From IMG/VR virus record IMGVR_UViG_3300013014_000087, positions 1 to 31,871 of that record: a stretch of DNA of 31,871 nt; one strand, 5' to 3'. The position numbers were made by a program, and so were the translations under genes. Origin of the DNA: a virus. Taxonomy: Duplodnaviria; Caudoviricetes. Shown here one piece after another: positions 8,848-17,925 of this stretch. Positions within the stretch are counted from its first letter, which is position 1; each line of letters begins with the position of its first letter. The notes under the pieces are model-generated. The model was not told where the DNA came from and did not search any database. It was given only the letters and a program-made list of their open reading frames with translations.

Positions 8848-10338
8848 TTAAGGAATATTCATTACAGCACCATTAACTCTTAATGTTCCGTATATATCTA
8901 TTCCACTAGGACTTATTTTTATTCCAAAACCGCTTATCCCTTGCGCGCTTGTGCCACTTACGAAATTAAATCCTAAAAATATTGAATTACTTGATCCTGT
9001 TATTTGGTTAGAATTTCCTAGAATATAAGAGTTGGTATTAGAAGCAGATTTATTATCCGAACCAATTACAAAAGACTTAAAATTATCTATTGAATTGTTT
9101 GATTCTCCTAAAACAAAAGAATAATCATTGGCGGTATTTCTATTGTTATTACCAATATAGTAATTATAATCTCCTGCAAATCCTGTAGTTCTATTTAAAA
9201 TTCCTGTTAAATATGGAAAATCTTGTATTGCTTCTAGTAGAATCGTTGCATTGGCTGTACTATTTGAACCTAATATGTAATTATTATAATCTCCACTTAA
9301 TTGATTATTGTATCCAATTATTGTGCTATTTACGCTATTTTCAAAATTTATTGTATTATTACCAAATACTTGATTAAAGGAGCCTACAATCTCATTTGAA
9401 TTACCAACCACGGCATTAGAAGATCCTCCAAGTATTGCATTAGCATAACCATATACAAAATTCAAAGAGCTGTATTCTGTTCTATTCGAACGTCCGAAAA
9501 TAAAATCTTGATAACTTTGCTCGCTTAAATTCTGATTTCCAATCATAGAAATATTTATGCAGTCATATACGTTATTTTTATCTCCTAATGCTAAATTATA
9601 ATCTCCAGTTGTAGATCGCATGCTATTAAAATTTCCATAAATATAATTACAAGAACTATTAGTTAAATTATTAGAATTACCAACGATAGTTTCTGATGCA
9701 CCGCCAGATATTATAAGATTATAATCTCCGTTGATATTTATTAGTCTTGTTTCATAGCCGCTAAATACAGTTGGGTCAGCAGGACTTAAACCTCTAATAT
9801 CGTTTATTGCGTATAATCTATTATTTTTACCTAAAATATTAGATAGAAAAATTCCAGAAAGACTATTATATGCTCCCAAAATGTATGTGTATCTACAACA
9901 ATCAACATAATTATCTTCTCCTAAAACGTTCATTTGTTTTGATTTCGTAATACGATTAAAATTACCAATAGCTATATTTTGAATACCAGACTCTATAAAG
10001 TTTACGCCTCCTATTATAACCTCTCCTCTTTCTCCAGTACGTCTCAAATAACTTGGACTATCTATAACATTGAATTCTCCAATATTAATACCAGGACCAA
10101 CAGTACTTAAAAATTGTCCGATAACTACTGGATTAGCAAAAATCGCTGAGTTTTTAAAAAAAGGTATATTTATCCCGCTATAACTCATATGCTCAGAAGG
10201 AATTAAACTATCGAAATTTCCAGAGTTATAAGAGATGTAAATTCCGCTACATGAATCTAATTCACGTGGGGACTCTATGAATCCATTGTCGCCTGTATTA
10301 AGAAATTGCTGATACGCTCTTTTATACCATGAATTCAT
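8848..10338 (-). CDS. Beta-solenoid tail spike/adhesin-like protein (Asn/Gly repeats, YadA-head-like)
   Basis: About 14-residue repeats of hydrophobic-G-x-x-N (IAIGNFN, VLGEDN, ILGAYN, IVGNSN, IFGRSN, VFGNN, IIGYNN, ILGNSN). Confidence 0.6.
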   Translation of the reverse strand: MNSWYKRAYQQFLNTGDNGFIESPRELDSCSGIYISYNSGNFDSLIPSEHMSYSGINIPFFKNSAIFANPVVIGQFLSTVGPGINIGEFNVIDSPSYLRRTGERGEVIIGGVNFIESGIQNIAIGNFNRITKSKQMNVLGEDNYVDCCRYTYILGAYNSLSGIFLSNILGKNNRLYAINDIRGLSPADPTVFSGYETRLININGDYNLIISGGASETIVGNSNNLTNSSCNYIYGNFNSMRSTTGDYNLALGDKNNVYDCINISMIGNQNLSEQSYQDFIFGRSNRTEYSSLNFVYGYANAILGGSSNAVVGNSNEIVGSFNQVFGNNTINFENSVNSTIIGYNNQLSGDYNNYILGSNSTANATILLEAIQDFPYLTGILNRTTGFAGDYNYYIGNNNRNTANDYSFVLGESNNSIDNFKSFVIGSDNKSASNTNSYILGNSNQITGSSNSIFLGFNFVSGTSAQGISGFGIKISPSGIDIYGTLRVNGAVMNIP

Positions 10339-10349
10339 TTGTAAAGTAT

Positions 10350-10356
10350 ATTACAC
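10350..10356 (-). promoter_or_regulatory. GTGTAAT motif, 12 nt before ATG 10338
   Basis: ttacac at 10351-10356. Confidence 0.7.
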
Positions 10357-10376
10357 TTCAAATCGAAATTAAAGTA

Positions 10377-10724
10377 CTATTTTCCTTCAGAAAGAGTATC
10401 TTTTGCTTTTTTATTTAAGTTGACAGTATTATCTTTTGATTTTGGAATATTAAAAAGTGAAACATGTTTTTTGAATTCTGCAACTAGTCTTTTTGTAAGA
10501 GTTTCACGATTATCAATTGGCACTAAACCGATTTTATTTGCATGAGATTGTAGATCAGTCTTATTCATATCGTTAAGAAAATTAACATATTCCTTCTCAT
10601 TAGAGGTTTGATATTTTGAGTTGACGTTATCACCCCAAATTTGATCTAGCGTTTTGTATTGAATATCTTCAATCTTTCCGTGGGTTTGCATCATATTGTC
10701 TAATTTTGTTTTTTTCTTGCTCAT
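10377..10724 (-). CDS. Small basic protein with a possible Rho-N/HeH-like helical motif
   Basis: LNDMNKTDLQSHANKIGL...RETLTKRL resembles Rho_N/SAP/HeH folds. Strong SD AAGGAGA. Lies downstream of the major capsid gene. Confidence 0.45.
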   Translation of the reverse strand: MSKKKTKLDNMMQTHGKIEDIQYKTLDQIWGDNVNSKYQTSNEKEYVNFLNDMNKTDLQSHANKIGLVPIDNRETLTKRLVAEFKKHVSLFNIPKSKDNTVNLNKKAKDTLSEGK

Positions 10725-10740
10725 AATATCTCCTTACTAT

Positions 10741-10769
10741 ATTATAAATCTAATAGCGCCAATTTCTAA
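10741..10769 (-). promoter_or_regulatory. Possible sigma70-type promoter for 10377..10724
   Basis: TATAAT at 10746-10741 and TAGAAA 16 nt upstream, just downstream of the capsid terminator. The AT-rich context weakens significance. Confidence 0.35.
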
Positions 10770-10779
10770 TGTTTTATTC

Positions 10780-10818
10780 AAAAAAAAGACCCAGTAGGGA
10801 TAAACCTACTGGGCCTTT
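10780..10818 (-). terminator. Rho-independent terminator after the major capsid gene
   Basis: Minus strand AAAGGCCCAGTAGG-TTTATC-CCTACTGGGTCTTTTTTTT: long GC-rich stem plus U-tract. Confidence 0.9.
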
Positions 10819-10838
10819 AATTTTAATCTAATTATTAA

Positions 10839-11927
10839 TTAGACAATTAATCCAGCAACTGTACGAGCGTCGATACAAACGCGACCCTCTTCGAGAGAAC
10901 CGTAGAAACCAGTTTTCTCAGAGCGAGCAACGAATTGATCATCTGGAAGAACGGTGAACGTGCCACCACTTTCAGATTGACGAGCGATTGGGCGGATAAA
11001 GCCTTCTCTGCTTAGATCAAGACCAACAATTAGCTCTTTTGTAACGCTATCAAAGGCTTGTGAACCTTTGAATGCATCAAATAGAGCGCTGTATTTTGCA
11101 CCTACGCCTAGTTCAACGAGTTCATGGAGGGTTACGCCATAAAGCTCTTGAGAACCAGCACCACGATAGATTTCTTCACGGACACCGTCAGGAAGATTTG
11201 TTCCTGCTGTGCCAGTTGTGGTGAATGGTTGATAAGCGAATGCACGGATATCAGCCTTGATTTCTGGACTAATAAACAAATCTGTTAGTCCGTATGAATC
11301 AGTGGTTGTACCACCAGCATAAGAGGTATTAATTCTTTTTACTAGTGTCATTAGATTGTTTAGATCATTCAATGCGAATGAGCCAGCTGTTGTAGCGTTG
11401 ATGATTTGACCACCAGCTACTCCGTTATTTGTGCCAACGGCGGGAGTACGAGCTTCTGCAAGGGCTTTTAATACTACTGCCCAAGCATTACGTTCTTGTT
11501 TTACGAGAACTTCATTGCTCATTCTCTCTACTGCTTTGCTAACTACATCAATACGACCAGTGCGAGCGTAGCGCTTTAAGAAGCTAACTGCTGCATCGAG
11601 GCGGTATGTGGAGATTTTTAACTCACTGAAGCCTTCTACTGACGAAGAAGGAAGTCCACCTGCTACATTTTGACTCCAAACTGTAACATAATCTTGACTT
11701 TGATCGAACCATAGATCAAGAGGAAGACTAGGATTATCATCTGCATCATAAGGTGCATCAGTATAGATTGCACTAGCTGTGCCAGCTTGCATTAGAACCT
11801 TACTTACGACTGGTCCTATGAAAGCGGCAAAAGCTTCTGAAGCTTCGCGAGCTACGGTAATATCTCTACTACCCATAGCTTTTACAAGCTCAACTTGTTC
11901 TGGTGTATTTTTTAATTTTATTTTCAT
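10839..11927 (-). CDS. Major capsid protein (probably HK97 fold)
   Basis: 362 aa, after protease/scaffold and decoration genes and followed by a strong terminator. Codon usage looks high-expression. Long spine-helix-like segment IDVVSKAVERMSNEVLVKQERNAW. Confidence 0.8.
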   Translation of the reverse strand: MKIKLKNTPEQVELVKAMGSRDITVAREASEAFAAFIGPVVSKVLMQAGTASAIYTDAPYDADDNPSLPLDLWFDQSQDYVTVWSQNVAGGLPSSSVEGFSELKISTYRLDAAVSFLKRYARTGRIDVVSKAVERMSNEVLVKQERNAWAVVLKALAEARTPAVGTNNGVAGGQIINATTAGSFALNDLNNLMTLVKRINTSYAGGTTTDSYGLTDLFISPEIKADIRAFAYQPFTTTGTAGTNLPDGVREEIYRGAGSQELYGVTLHELVELGVGAKYSALFDAFKGSQAFDSVTKELIVGLDLSREGFIRPIARQSESGGTFTVLPDDQFVARSEKTGFYGSLEEGRVCIDARTVAGLIV

Positions 11928-11946
11928 TTTTATAATTTTCCTTAAA

Positions 11947-12564
11947 TTAGAAGTTGAGTTTGATTAGAACAACACCATTTACTGGTTTGCTAAGTAGACT
12001 GCCGACTTTATTGCTTGGTGTTACACCGTTAGCAGTACTGTCAACTGTACTTAGTTCGCCTGCATTTAGATTGCTTAGGTAAACTCCTGCACCAACAGCT
12101 GCTGTGTTGGCAATTTCTGTTCCACTATAGACTACAACGCCTCTAGTTAGAACTGGAACACCTTGTCCACTGACGACCACTCCCTTTTCCATAGCTTTGC
12201 GTGGGAAGTGAACGAGCTTTTGGCCGTTTTCGTCTAGTTCTTGGGTGGTTACTAATGTAATTCCAAGAGCTGCAGAACCAGAGTTTGCAGCTGTTACTTT
12301 TGCTGTTAAAGCGTAGCGATCAGAAACTATGTTCGTAAATCCTGCGCCTACTGCACCAGCTAGATCAGTTGGGACTGTTCCTAGAAATCCTGTTCCACCT
12401 GGAGTTGTAGAGGCTACGATTGGTTGAAAACCGTTTCCGATAACTTTAACTACTGTACCTGCAGTGGCAATAACGCCATTAGCGTCTTGAGCTCCACTGT
12501 AAGCAAATAGGTTGACTACATCATGTTCACTGTAGTCTCTGAATGGTTTTAGTATATGTGCCAT
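11947..12564 (-). CDS. Capsid decoration/cement-like protein
   Basis: 205 aa, Gly/Ala/Val-rich. Directly upstream of the capsid gene. The V.TRG.V...G..VYLS..AG.L....KVG..L pattern is typical of beta-tulip cement proteins. SD AAGGA. Confidence 0.6.
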   Translation of the reverse strand: MAHILKPFRDYSEHDVVNLFAYSGAQDANGVIATAGTVVKVIGNGFQPIVASTTPGGTGFLGTVPTDLAGAVGAGFTNIVSDRYALTAKVTAANSGSAALGITLVTTQELDENGQKLVHFPRKAMEKGVVVSGQGVPVLTRGVVVYSGTEIANTAAVGAGVYLSNLNAGELSTVDSTANGVTPSNKVGSLLSKPVNGVVLIKLNF

Positions 12565-12584
12565 ATTATTTTTTCCTTATTTGT

Positions 12585-13250
12585 TTATTTAATATCAAAT
12601 CCTTCAAAACCGAAGGCTTTGCTATATTTTTCACGTAGCGAAGGTTCAACGGTTGTTGTCGAATTTGGGATTGAATTTGTTTCGATATTTGTGTTATCGA
12701 GAACCTCATCTACAACTTCGGTTGCAGATTGTTCAGAAGCTGTTGAAGCTTTAACTTCTTGGGTTGCTTGAACAACTTCAGAGGCTTTAGCTTTTTTCAT
12801 TTCTTCTTCTTTTGCTTTTTTAGCAGCTTTATTTTTTTCTTTCATAAGAACTGCCATCTTATTTTTGTAAGCAGCAAAAGTTTCATCATTCAAATCTTTT
12901 ACATCAGTAGCTAAAACTTGACGATCTTCATCGCTTAGGTCATATTCTTCGTCAAGAGAAGCCATTCTTACATTAAATGCTTCTTCTTTGATTTTAGCAG
13001 CTTTCTCTTCCTCTAATTGGGCAAGAGAAGCTTTGAGTTTTTCTAGCTCTTCTTTAACTTTGTCACTCTCTGTTGAAAGTGATTCGTATTTTTCTTGAGC
13101 GGCTTTAATAGCTATATCTTTTTCAGTTTTTTCGGCTACAAAAGCTTCTGAGGCTTTCTTTAGCTCGTCCTGAATGAATTCGGCTACGCTAGAAGCAGTT
13201 ACTTGCTTCAAAAGCTCGTCTGTTATTTGGTTTATATTTTCTATTTTCAT
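12585..13250 (-). CDS. Putative nested in-frame scaffolding protein (221 aa, MKIENINQITDELLK...)
   Basis: Internal ATG at 13250 in AATAATTATG context at the start of the helical domain. Upstream AAGGAG (13273-13268) and motif variant CTGTAA (13285-13280). Confidence 0.45.
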   Translation of the reverse strand: MKIENINQITDELLKQVTASSVAEFIQDELKKASEAFVAEKTEKDIAIKAAQEKYESLSTESDKVKEELEKLKASLAQLEEEKAAKIKEEAFNVRMASLDEEYDLSDEDRQVLATDVKDLNDETFAAYKNKMAVLMKEKNKAAKKAKEEEMKKAKASEVVQATQEVKASTASEQSATEVVDEVLDNTNIETNSIPNSTTTVEPSLREKYSKAFGFEGFDIK

Positions 13251-14129
13251 AATTATTCTGTTTATAGCTCCTTCTTCATTTACAGTGTTTTCTTCATTTT
13301 GTGAAATATTATTTTCACAAGGTGCTTCTGAAGAGTCTGATACTTCTTCCTTTTCTTCTGGTTTGGATAATTCAATATCCATTTGATTATCGTCTTTGGT
13401 GGCTACTCCTTGAACATCAGCAGCAGGATTAGCTGTTAAGCCTATTCCTAACGGAATAACATTTCCTAATACTTGACGATAAATAGATGTATTTTTATCT
13501 ATTTTACCAGAGCCACCAAAAGCTTTTAAATTTTTCTTTAATTTGTCTTTTTCTTTTTCGTTAGATACAAATGTACCATCTTCTAGGTTTTTATTATTAT
13601 CATTTAGAAGAACTAGATCATATTCATTAAATCCAAGCTCCCAACTAGCACTAACATTCATGTAATTTTCACTAGAAGGGTCATTGCTCTCTTCAATAAG
13701 ATTAGATAATTGAGGATTAATGATTTTCCAAATAACTCCGCCTAGAGTAATATAGTAAGGCTCTTTCATTTCTTTAGCTTCATCTTCGGTAATTATTTGA
13801 TTATCACCAAATTTGCTAAAGCTAGCTGTTAATATACAGCCAACAACTTTTGTTCTATCATGTTCAACATTAATTGGCTTATTAACGAAATTTTTAAGCA
13901 TTTCCACGGCTGTTGAAGAATTTACTACATCGCCATTTTTATTAACTCTATTAACTACGCAAGCATCAAAAGCAATAGGGAGTAAATCAATATTCTTATC
14001 TGTATCAATATCTGGTACAAATTTCTTCAAGCTATCAATAGAAGCTAATGAAAGATATTTGTCTTTCTCTTCACTAACTAATGGTTTAATTTGTAAATTC
14101 GCAAATGTTGTTGTAAATTTAAAATTCAT
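12585..14129 (-). CDS. Prohead protease fused to a C-terminal coiled-coil scaffolding domain
   Basis: N-terminal NKNGD, KPINVEHD..VVG, SASWEL and GIGLTANPAA motifs of phage maturation proteases. Acidic linker and Glu/Lys/Ala-rich coiled coil. Position before the capsid genes. Confidence 0.75.
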   Translation of the reverse strand: MNFKFTTTFANLQIKPLVSEEKDKYLSLASIDSLKKFVPDIDTDKNIDLLPIAFDACVVNRVNKNGDVVNSSTAVEMLKNFVNKPINVEHDRTKVVGCILTASFSKFGDNQIITEDEAKEMKEPYYITLGGVIWKIINPQLSNLIEESNDPSSENYMNVSASWELGFNEYDLVLLNDNNKNLEDGTFVSNEKEKDKLKKNLKAFGGSGKIDKNTSIYRQVLGNVIPLGIGLTANPAADVQGVATKDDNQMDIELSKPEEKEEVSDSSEAPCENNISQNEENTVNEEGAINRIIMKIENINQITDELLKQVTASSVAEFIQDELKKASEAFVAEKTEKDIAIKAAQEKYESLSTESDKVKEELEKLKASLAQLEEEKAAKIKEEAFNVRMASLDEEYDLSDEDRQVLATDVKDLNDETFAAYKNKMAVLMKEKNKAAKKAKEEEMKKAKASEVVQATQEVKASTASEQSATEVVDEVLDNTNIETNSIPNSTTTVEPSLREKYSKAFGFEGFDIK

Positions 14130-14140
14130 ATTTTTATATA

Positions 14141-14728
14141 TTATATATCTAGCCCGTAAATAGTTACACCATCTTCTTCATCATCAAGATAAAGCTCGTC
14201 TGAAGATTCAAAATCAAAATCATTTAAGTTGTAATTTTTAATATCCGCTTCTGATTCAATAAAATCTTCTTCGCTTGACTCAAAATTTATTTCTATTATA
14301 TAATCGCTGTTTGATGCTCTTGCTATGTCGCTATCAGCTTTACGATAAGAATCTTTTACTTTTCCTCCGCTTACCATTCTAAGAAAAGTGTTTACTCTTG
14401 CTATTGCCCAAGCGGTTCTAGATAAACCAGGCCTATGAGAAGAAGAAAATGCCCCTGCGCCTCTACGAAATACTTTTTTTAATTGACCAAGAGTAACTTT
14501 TTTCTTGTTCTTACTATTATGTTCTCTAACTTTATTTTTTAATACTTCGATAACTTTTTTTGAAAATTCAATTGCTTTATCGCTCTTTGTTCCTGCGCTA
14601 CCAGGTTTATTTTTAGATGAGCCTTTGCGTCTTTCAGATGGTTTCGCTGGAGTTTGAGCTGCGGATTTTTGACCAGATCTTTTAGCTTTAATCAAGTCAA
14701 AACCGTATTGTTCAGAATTGTAATTCAT
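14141..14728 (-). CDS. Basic/acidic head-associated protein of unknown function (RG.GA...HRPG...WA.ARV..F domain)
   Basis: The ORF track starts at GTG 14749, but that GTG is the motif variant GTGTAT, so ATG 14728 (MNYNSEQ) is more likely. Lys/Arg-rich core and Asp/Glu-rich tail. Confidence 0.65.
   Translation of the reverse strand: MNYNSEQYGFDLIKAKRSGQKSAAQTPAKPSERRKGSSKNKPGSAGTKSDKAIEFSKKVIEVLKNKVREHNSKNKKKVTLGQLKKVFRRGAGAFSSSHRPGLSRTAWAIARVNTFLRMVSGGKVKDSYRKADSDIARASNSDYIIEINFESSEEDFIESEADIKNYNLNDFDFESSDELYLDDEEDGVTIYGLDI
14164..14169 (-). promoter_or_regulatory. GTGTAA motif in the 3' end of the upstream gene, 34 nt before protease ATG 14129
   Basis: ttacac at 14164-14169; would drive the head operon. 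Confidence 0.45.
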
Positions 14729-14743
14729 ATTCTTATATATAAT

Positions 14744-14749
14744 ATACAC
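14744..14749 (-). promoter_or_regulatory. Motif variant GTGTAT, 15 nt before ATG 14728
   Basis: atacac at 14744-14749 in the intergenic gap. Confidence 0.5.
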
Positions 14750-14778
14750 CCAAACGCTATATTTTTAATTGATTTTAA

Positions 14779-14928
14779 TTATTTTTTATATAACTCTTTA
14801 GAAACATCTTCAGCAGAGCCCATAGTTGGAGTTTCTGGATATTTTGTTGGCAATTCTCTGCTATCTAGATTCGGCTCTGAACAACTTATTAATAACAATA
14901 AAGGCAAAAATAATATGAACTTCTTCAT
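14779..14928 (-). CDS. Small lipoprotein, 49 aa (not in ORF track)
   Basis: MKKFILFLPLLLLISCSEPNLDSRELPTKYPETPTMGSAEDVSKELYKK*. Basic N-terminus, hydrophobic core, lipobox LISC. Fills the intergenic gap, with GTGTAA 8 nt upstream. Confidence 0.85.
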   Translation of the reverse strand: MKKFILFLPLLLLISCSEPNLDSRELPTKYPETPTMGSAEDVSKELYKK

Positions 14929-14935
14929 AAAGATT

Positions 14936-14942
14936 ATTACAC
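14936..14942 (-). promoter_or_regulatory. GTGTAAT motif, 8 nt before ATG 14928
   Basis: GTGTAA-TAATCTTT-ATG. Confidence 0.75.
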
Positions 14943-14944
14943 TT

Positions 14945-17281
14945 TTATATTATAATCATTTGCTTGCCATCATCAAATGATCCGAGTTGGTTTTTAAATT
15001 CCCCAGTAACAAAAGCTCCATCTTCTAAATATTGAAAATATTTATAAGATCCTACATCTGGATAATAAAAGATAAATGGTCTTATTTGATTTTTATATCT
15101 TTTAAATGAAAGATGTGGAATACGAGATAAATTGCTTTGATTTCCTAAATTATATTTTTGTATTGATCCACCTTTGTTTGTTATATAAAGTCCGCTATTA
15201 TTATTGCTAACTTTTCTGTAAGCTATACCATAATAATTTTCTCCAGAATTGTATTTAAAACTATTATAATAATATGATTGAGCCTCACCACTATCTATAA
15301 TACTATTTATCCAATTTGTTCCATTGTATTCTGATATATTTAAATATCCTGTTTGTTGATTTTGGCTAAGAGTTGGATATGCTAAAATAGGATTTCCATC
15401 ACTTTTGAAGTCTAAATAAATTTCACTAGATTGTTTATAATTTTGAGATACTCTAGTTTTTGTCCAACTAGTTGTAATTGGATCCATTTCATAATAAAAT
15501 ACTCCAGTCTCTGCACCTTGATAGAGTAATGAGTCTAACGCTGTAACTAAACAATATTTATTAGTTATTGGATTAACTCTAAAATCTGTATCAGCAACAT
15601 AATTTCCACTATATGGCGTATTATAATATGTATAACCAGATGATGGAATTGAATCTGCTTTTATTAATGCTCCTCCATAACGTGTTGGACTACCTGCGGA
15701 ACCTAAAACACTCATAATTACTTGATTTGTATTTTTATCAAAATCAAAAGACCCACCTCCAAGAATAGTCATTTTTGTATTTGTGCCACTTAAATTAATA
15801 TTTCCAGATGGAAAAGCTAATCCTGTCCAAGATGTTCTTTGAGGATTTGCTGGGTAATAAAAAGCTACTTTATCTTGGCTTGTTGTTGTAAAATTCGGTT
15901 GATTAGTAATAGGATTGATTTTCATATTATAATAATATATACTTTCTGCACTTGGTATTGGATTTGGTGATAAATTTTTAAAGCTGGCAGTTACTTGAGG
16001 AGATTTGTATTCATAAAAAGTTTTAAATCCAATTGTATAAACTTTTAAAGTATCTTTGAAAAAATCTAATCCAAATTGATAGCCACTTGATTGATCTATA
16101 CTTTTTAAAATATTTTCTCCAGAAAAAGTTGTTTCATTAATAGTAAGTGGCGAATTACTTATATTTTTTATATATTTAACACTATTGTCTTTTTTATAAA
16201 AAACGATTGGCTGAAGATCAGAATCTAATTTTAAATAATTATTTTTAGTTTTATCAAAATAATTTGCTCCGCTTAATATATCAAATGTTGTAGGATTATA
16301 TATATTTGAATCCCAATTCACTTCGCTGAGGTATGCTTGTGAAAATACTAATTTATTTTGATCTTGTATATAACTAATATACCAATAATAATCATTATTT
16401 AGAGATTTTTCTAATTGAGGTTTTTGATATATTATATCATTTATATGATAATAATCACTAAGTTTTCCAGAAAGCCAAACGTTATTACTACTTTTAATAT
16501 TTATATAAGTTCCAGTTGTATTACCTGCCATTAAAATTACTGGTTGATTTATTTTTTCATCAATTTTAGAAACAGCATATCTTTTATTATCGCCAGAATT
16601 GAAAGTATTAACATTAGTTATTGTCCATGAAACTCCATTATATTTAGCAGATTTTAAAATTGAAGAATTATCTTGTATAAAATGAACTAAAGGATAGTTA
16701 TCACTAGGATCAAAAAGTAAAGTAGCATAATTTATATTATTTGCTGCCGAAGCTCCGTTAGATATTATAGTCTTTATAAAAGATGATCCATCATACTTAT
16801 AATAATTTAAATCATAGTTAGTTGAATCATAAGATATACATGCTGGTAAATTATCTACAGGATCATATTGTAAATCAATTGAATCATTATTTACTGATGA
16901 ACCAATATTTGCTACTGATACATTGCTCCAAGTTTCATTACTTAATTTTGAATAATGTAAATAATAATTTGGTGCAACATAATTATAATATGCAAAAGAT
17001 GGGTTCTGATCTGATGGATCATATCTTACAATCATATCAGTACCAGAGTAAGATGGTGAATTTATTATATATTCTTTTATGCTTCCGTCTTTTTTAACCT
17101 GCGCGTAAAAATTTGAATCTCCACTTTTTGTTACTAATGTATATTCTGATAAAATTGAACTTTCAATATTTGAACTATTATATGAATTTATTGGGTTTGT
17201 ATAAATTATACCCTTATCATATGGAAATCCAATAGTATATATTATACCATTTCCTAAATTTTTTGTTTGAAGTATTCCCAT
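14945..17281 (-). CDS. Large beta-propeller-like surface/virion protein (778 aa)
   Basis: Recurrent blade-like units (YDPSDQNP, YDPVDNLP, FDPSDNYP, INPITNQP, VNPITNK; KYNGVSW, EYNGTNW). Asn/Ser/Tyr-rich. Confidence 0.55.
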   Translation of the reverse strand: MGILQTKNLGNGIIYTIGFPYDKGIIYTNPINSYNSSNIESSILSEYTLVTKSGDSNFYAQVKKDGSIKEYIINSPSYSGTDMIVRYDPSDQNPSFAYYNYVAPNYYLHYSKLSNETWSNVSVANIGSSVNNDSIDLQYDPVDNLPACISYDSTNYDLNYYKYDGSSFIKTIISNGASAANNINYATLLFDPSDNYPLVHFIQDNSSILKSAKYNGVSWTITNVNTFNSGDNKRYAVSKIDEKINQPVILMAGNTTGTYINIKSSNNVWLSGKLSDYYHINDIIYQKPQLEKSLNNDYYWYISYIQDQNKLVFSQAYLSEVNWDSNIYNPTTFDILSGANYFDKTKNNYLKLDSDLQPIVFYKKDNSVKYIKNISNSPLTINETTFSGENILKSIDQSSGYQFGLDFFKDTLKVYTIGFKTFYEYKSPQVTASFKNLSPNPIPSAESIYYYNMKINPITNQPNFTTTSQDKVAFYYPANPQRTSWTGLAFPSGNINLSGTNTKMTILGGGSFDFDKNTNQVIMSVLGSAGSPTRYGGALIKADSIPSSGYTYYNTPYSGNYVADTDFRVNPITNKYCLVTALDSLLYQGAETGVFYYEMDPITTSWTKTRVSQNYKQSSEIYLDFKSDGNPILAYPTLSQNQQTGYLNISEYNGTNWINSIIDSGEAQSYYYNSFKYNSGENYYGIAYRKVSNNNSGLYITNKGGSIQKYNLGNQSNLSRIPHLSFKRYKNQIRPFIFYYPDVGSYKYFQYLEDGAFVTGEFKNQLGSFDDGKQMIII

Positions 17282-17288
17282 TTAAGAG

Positions 17289-17295
17289 ATTACAC
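17289..17295 (-). promoter_or_regulatory. GTGTAAT motif overlapping the endolysin stop (GTG TAA), 8 nt before ATG 17281
   Basis: GTGTAA-TCTCTTAA-ATG. Confidence 0.7.
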
Positions 17296-17916
17296 TTTTA
17301 ATGATTCTTCTATTAATTTGGCTTCAGCATCTCTTCTTCTATTCATGCCCTTTTCAATACTTCCACCAGCCCATATTCTTTTCATATTTCTTATTTGATT
17401 AGCGATAAATGATAAAGCTTTTTGATCATAAGAAGACACTAATTTCATGCCATCTCTTATTAATTTCATTTCGCGGCGACGATCACCTTCTAATGCATTT
17501 CCTCTATTAAATACAAGACTAACTAATCCACCTTTCGCATCTTCTGGAAGATTATCGAAATTAGGAAAAGTTTGTTTTGTTAAATTCCAAAACTTTGTTA
17601 CTGTTTTATTATTAAATACTTTTAATGATAGATCCCATGGAATACTTATATCTTTTAATCCTCTTATAAGATTTTTAGTATTATACCCTTTGATGCCAAC
17701 TACTTTATATAGTCTATCAAAAGTTTCTTTAGGAAGATCTTTCCAATCTTCACTAAATTCACTTTTATTCACATAACCCAAATCGTAACCAACACCAATA
17801 GTTACTCCGCTTTGCTCTCCTGGCCATGCTGGATTTTTTAAAAATTTATTATAATAGTTCTCACCACCACCAACTTCAAACTCAAGAATAAGATCCAAAG
17901 ATTTTTTTGAAAGCAT
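17290..17916 (-). CDS. Endolysin, lysozyme-fold muramidase (pesticin-C/GH24-like)
   Basis: ILEFEVG catalytic Glu region, WPGEQSGVTIGVGYDLG, LVSLVFNRG and C-terminal GMNRRRDAEAKL. Confidence 0.85.
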   Translation of the reverse strand: MLSKKSLDLILEFEVGGGENYYNKFLKNPAWPGEQSGVTIGVGYDLGYVNKSEFSEDWKDLPKETFDRLYKVVGIKGYNTKNLIRGLKDISIPWDLSLKVFNNKTVTKFWNLTKQTFPNFDNLPEDAKGGLVSLVFNRGNALEGDRRREMKLIRDGMKLVSSYDQKALSFIANQIRNMKRIWAGGSIEKGMNRRRDAEAKLIEESLKV

Positions 17917-17925
17917 TTTTACGTT

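Noticed and set aside
14729-14749. GTG start at 14749 given by the ORF track
   Set aside because: The GTG is part of the motif variant GTGTAT, and the extension (MYIIYKN) looks like AT-rich leader. ATG 14728 is preferred.
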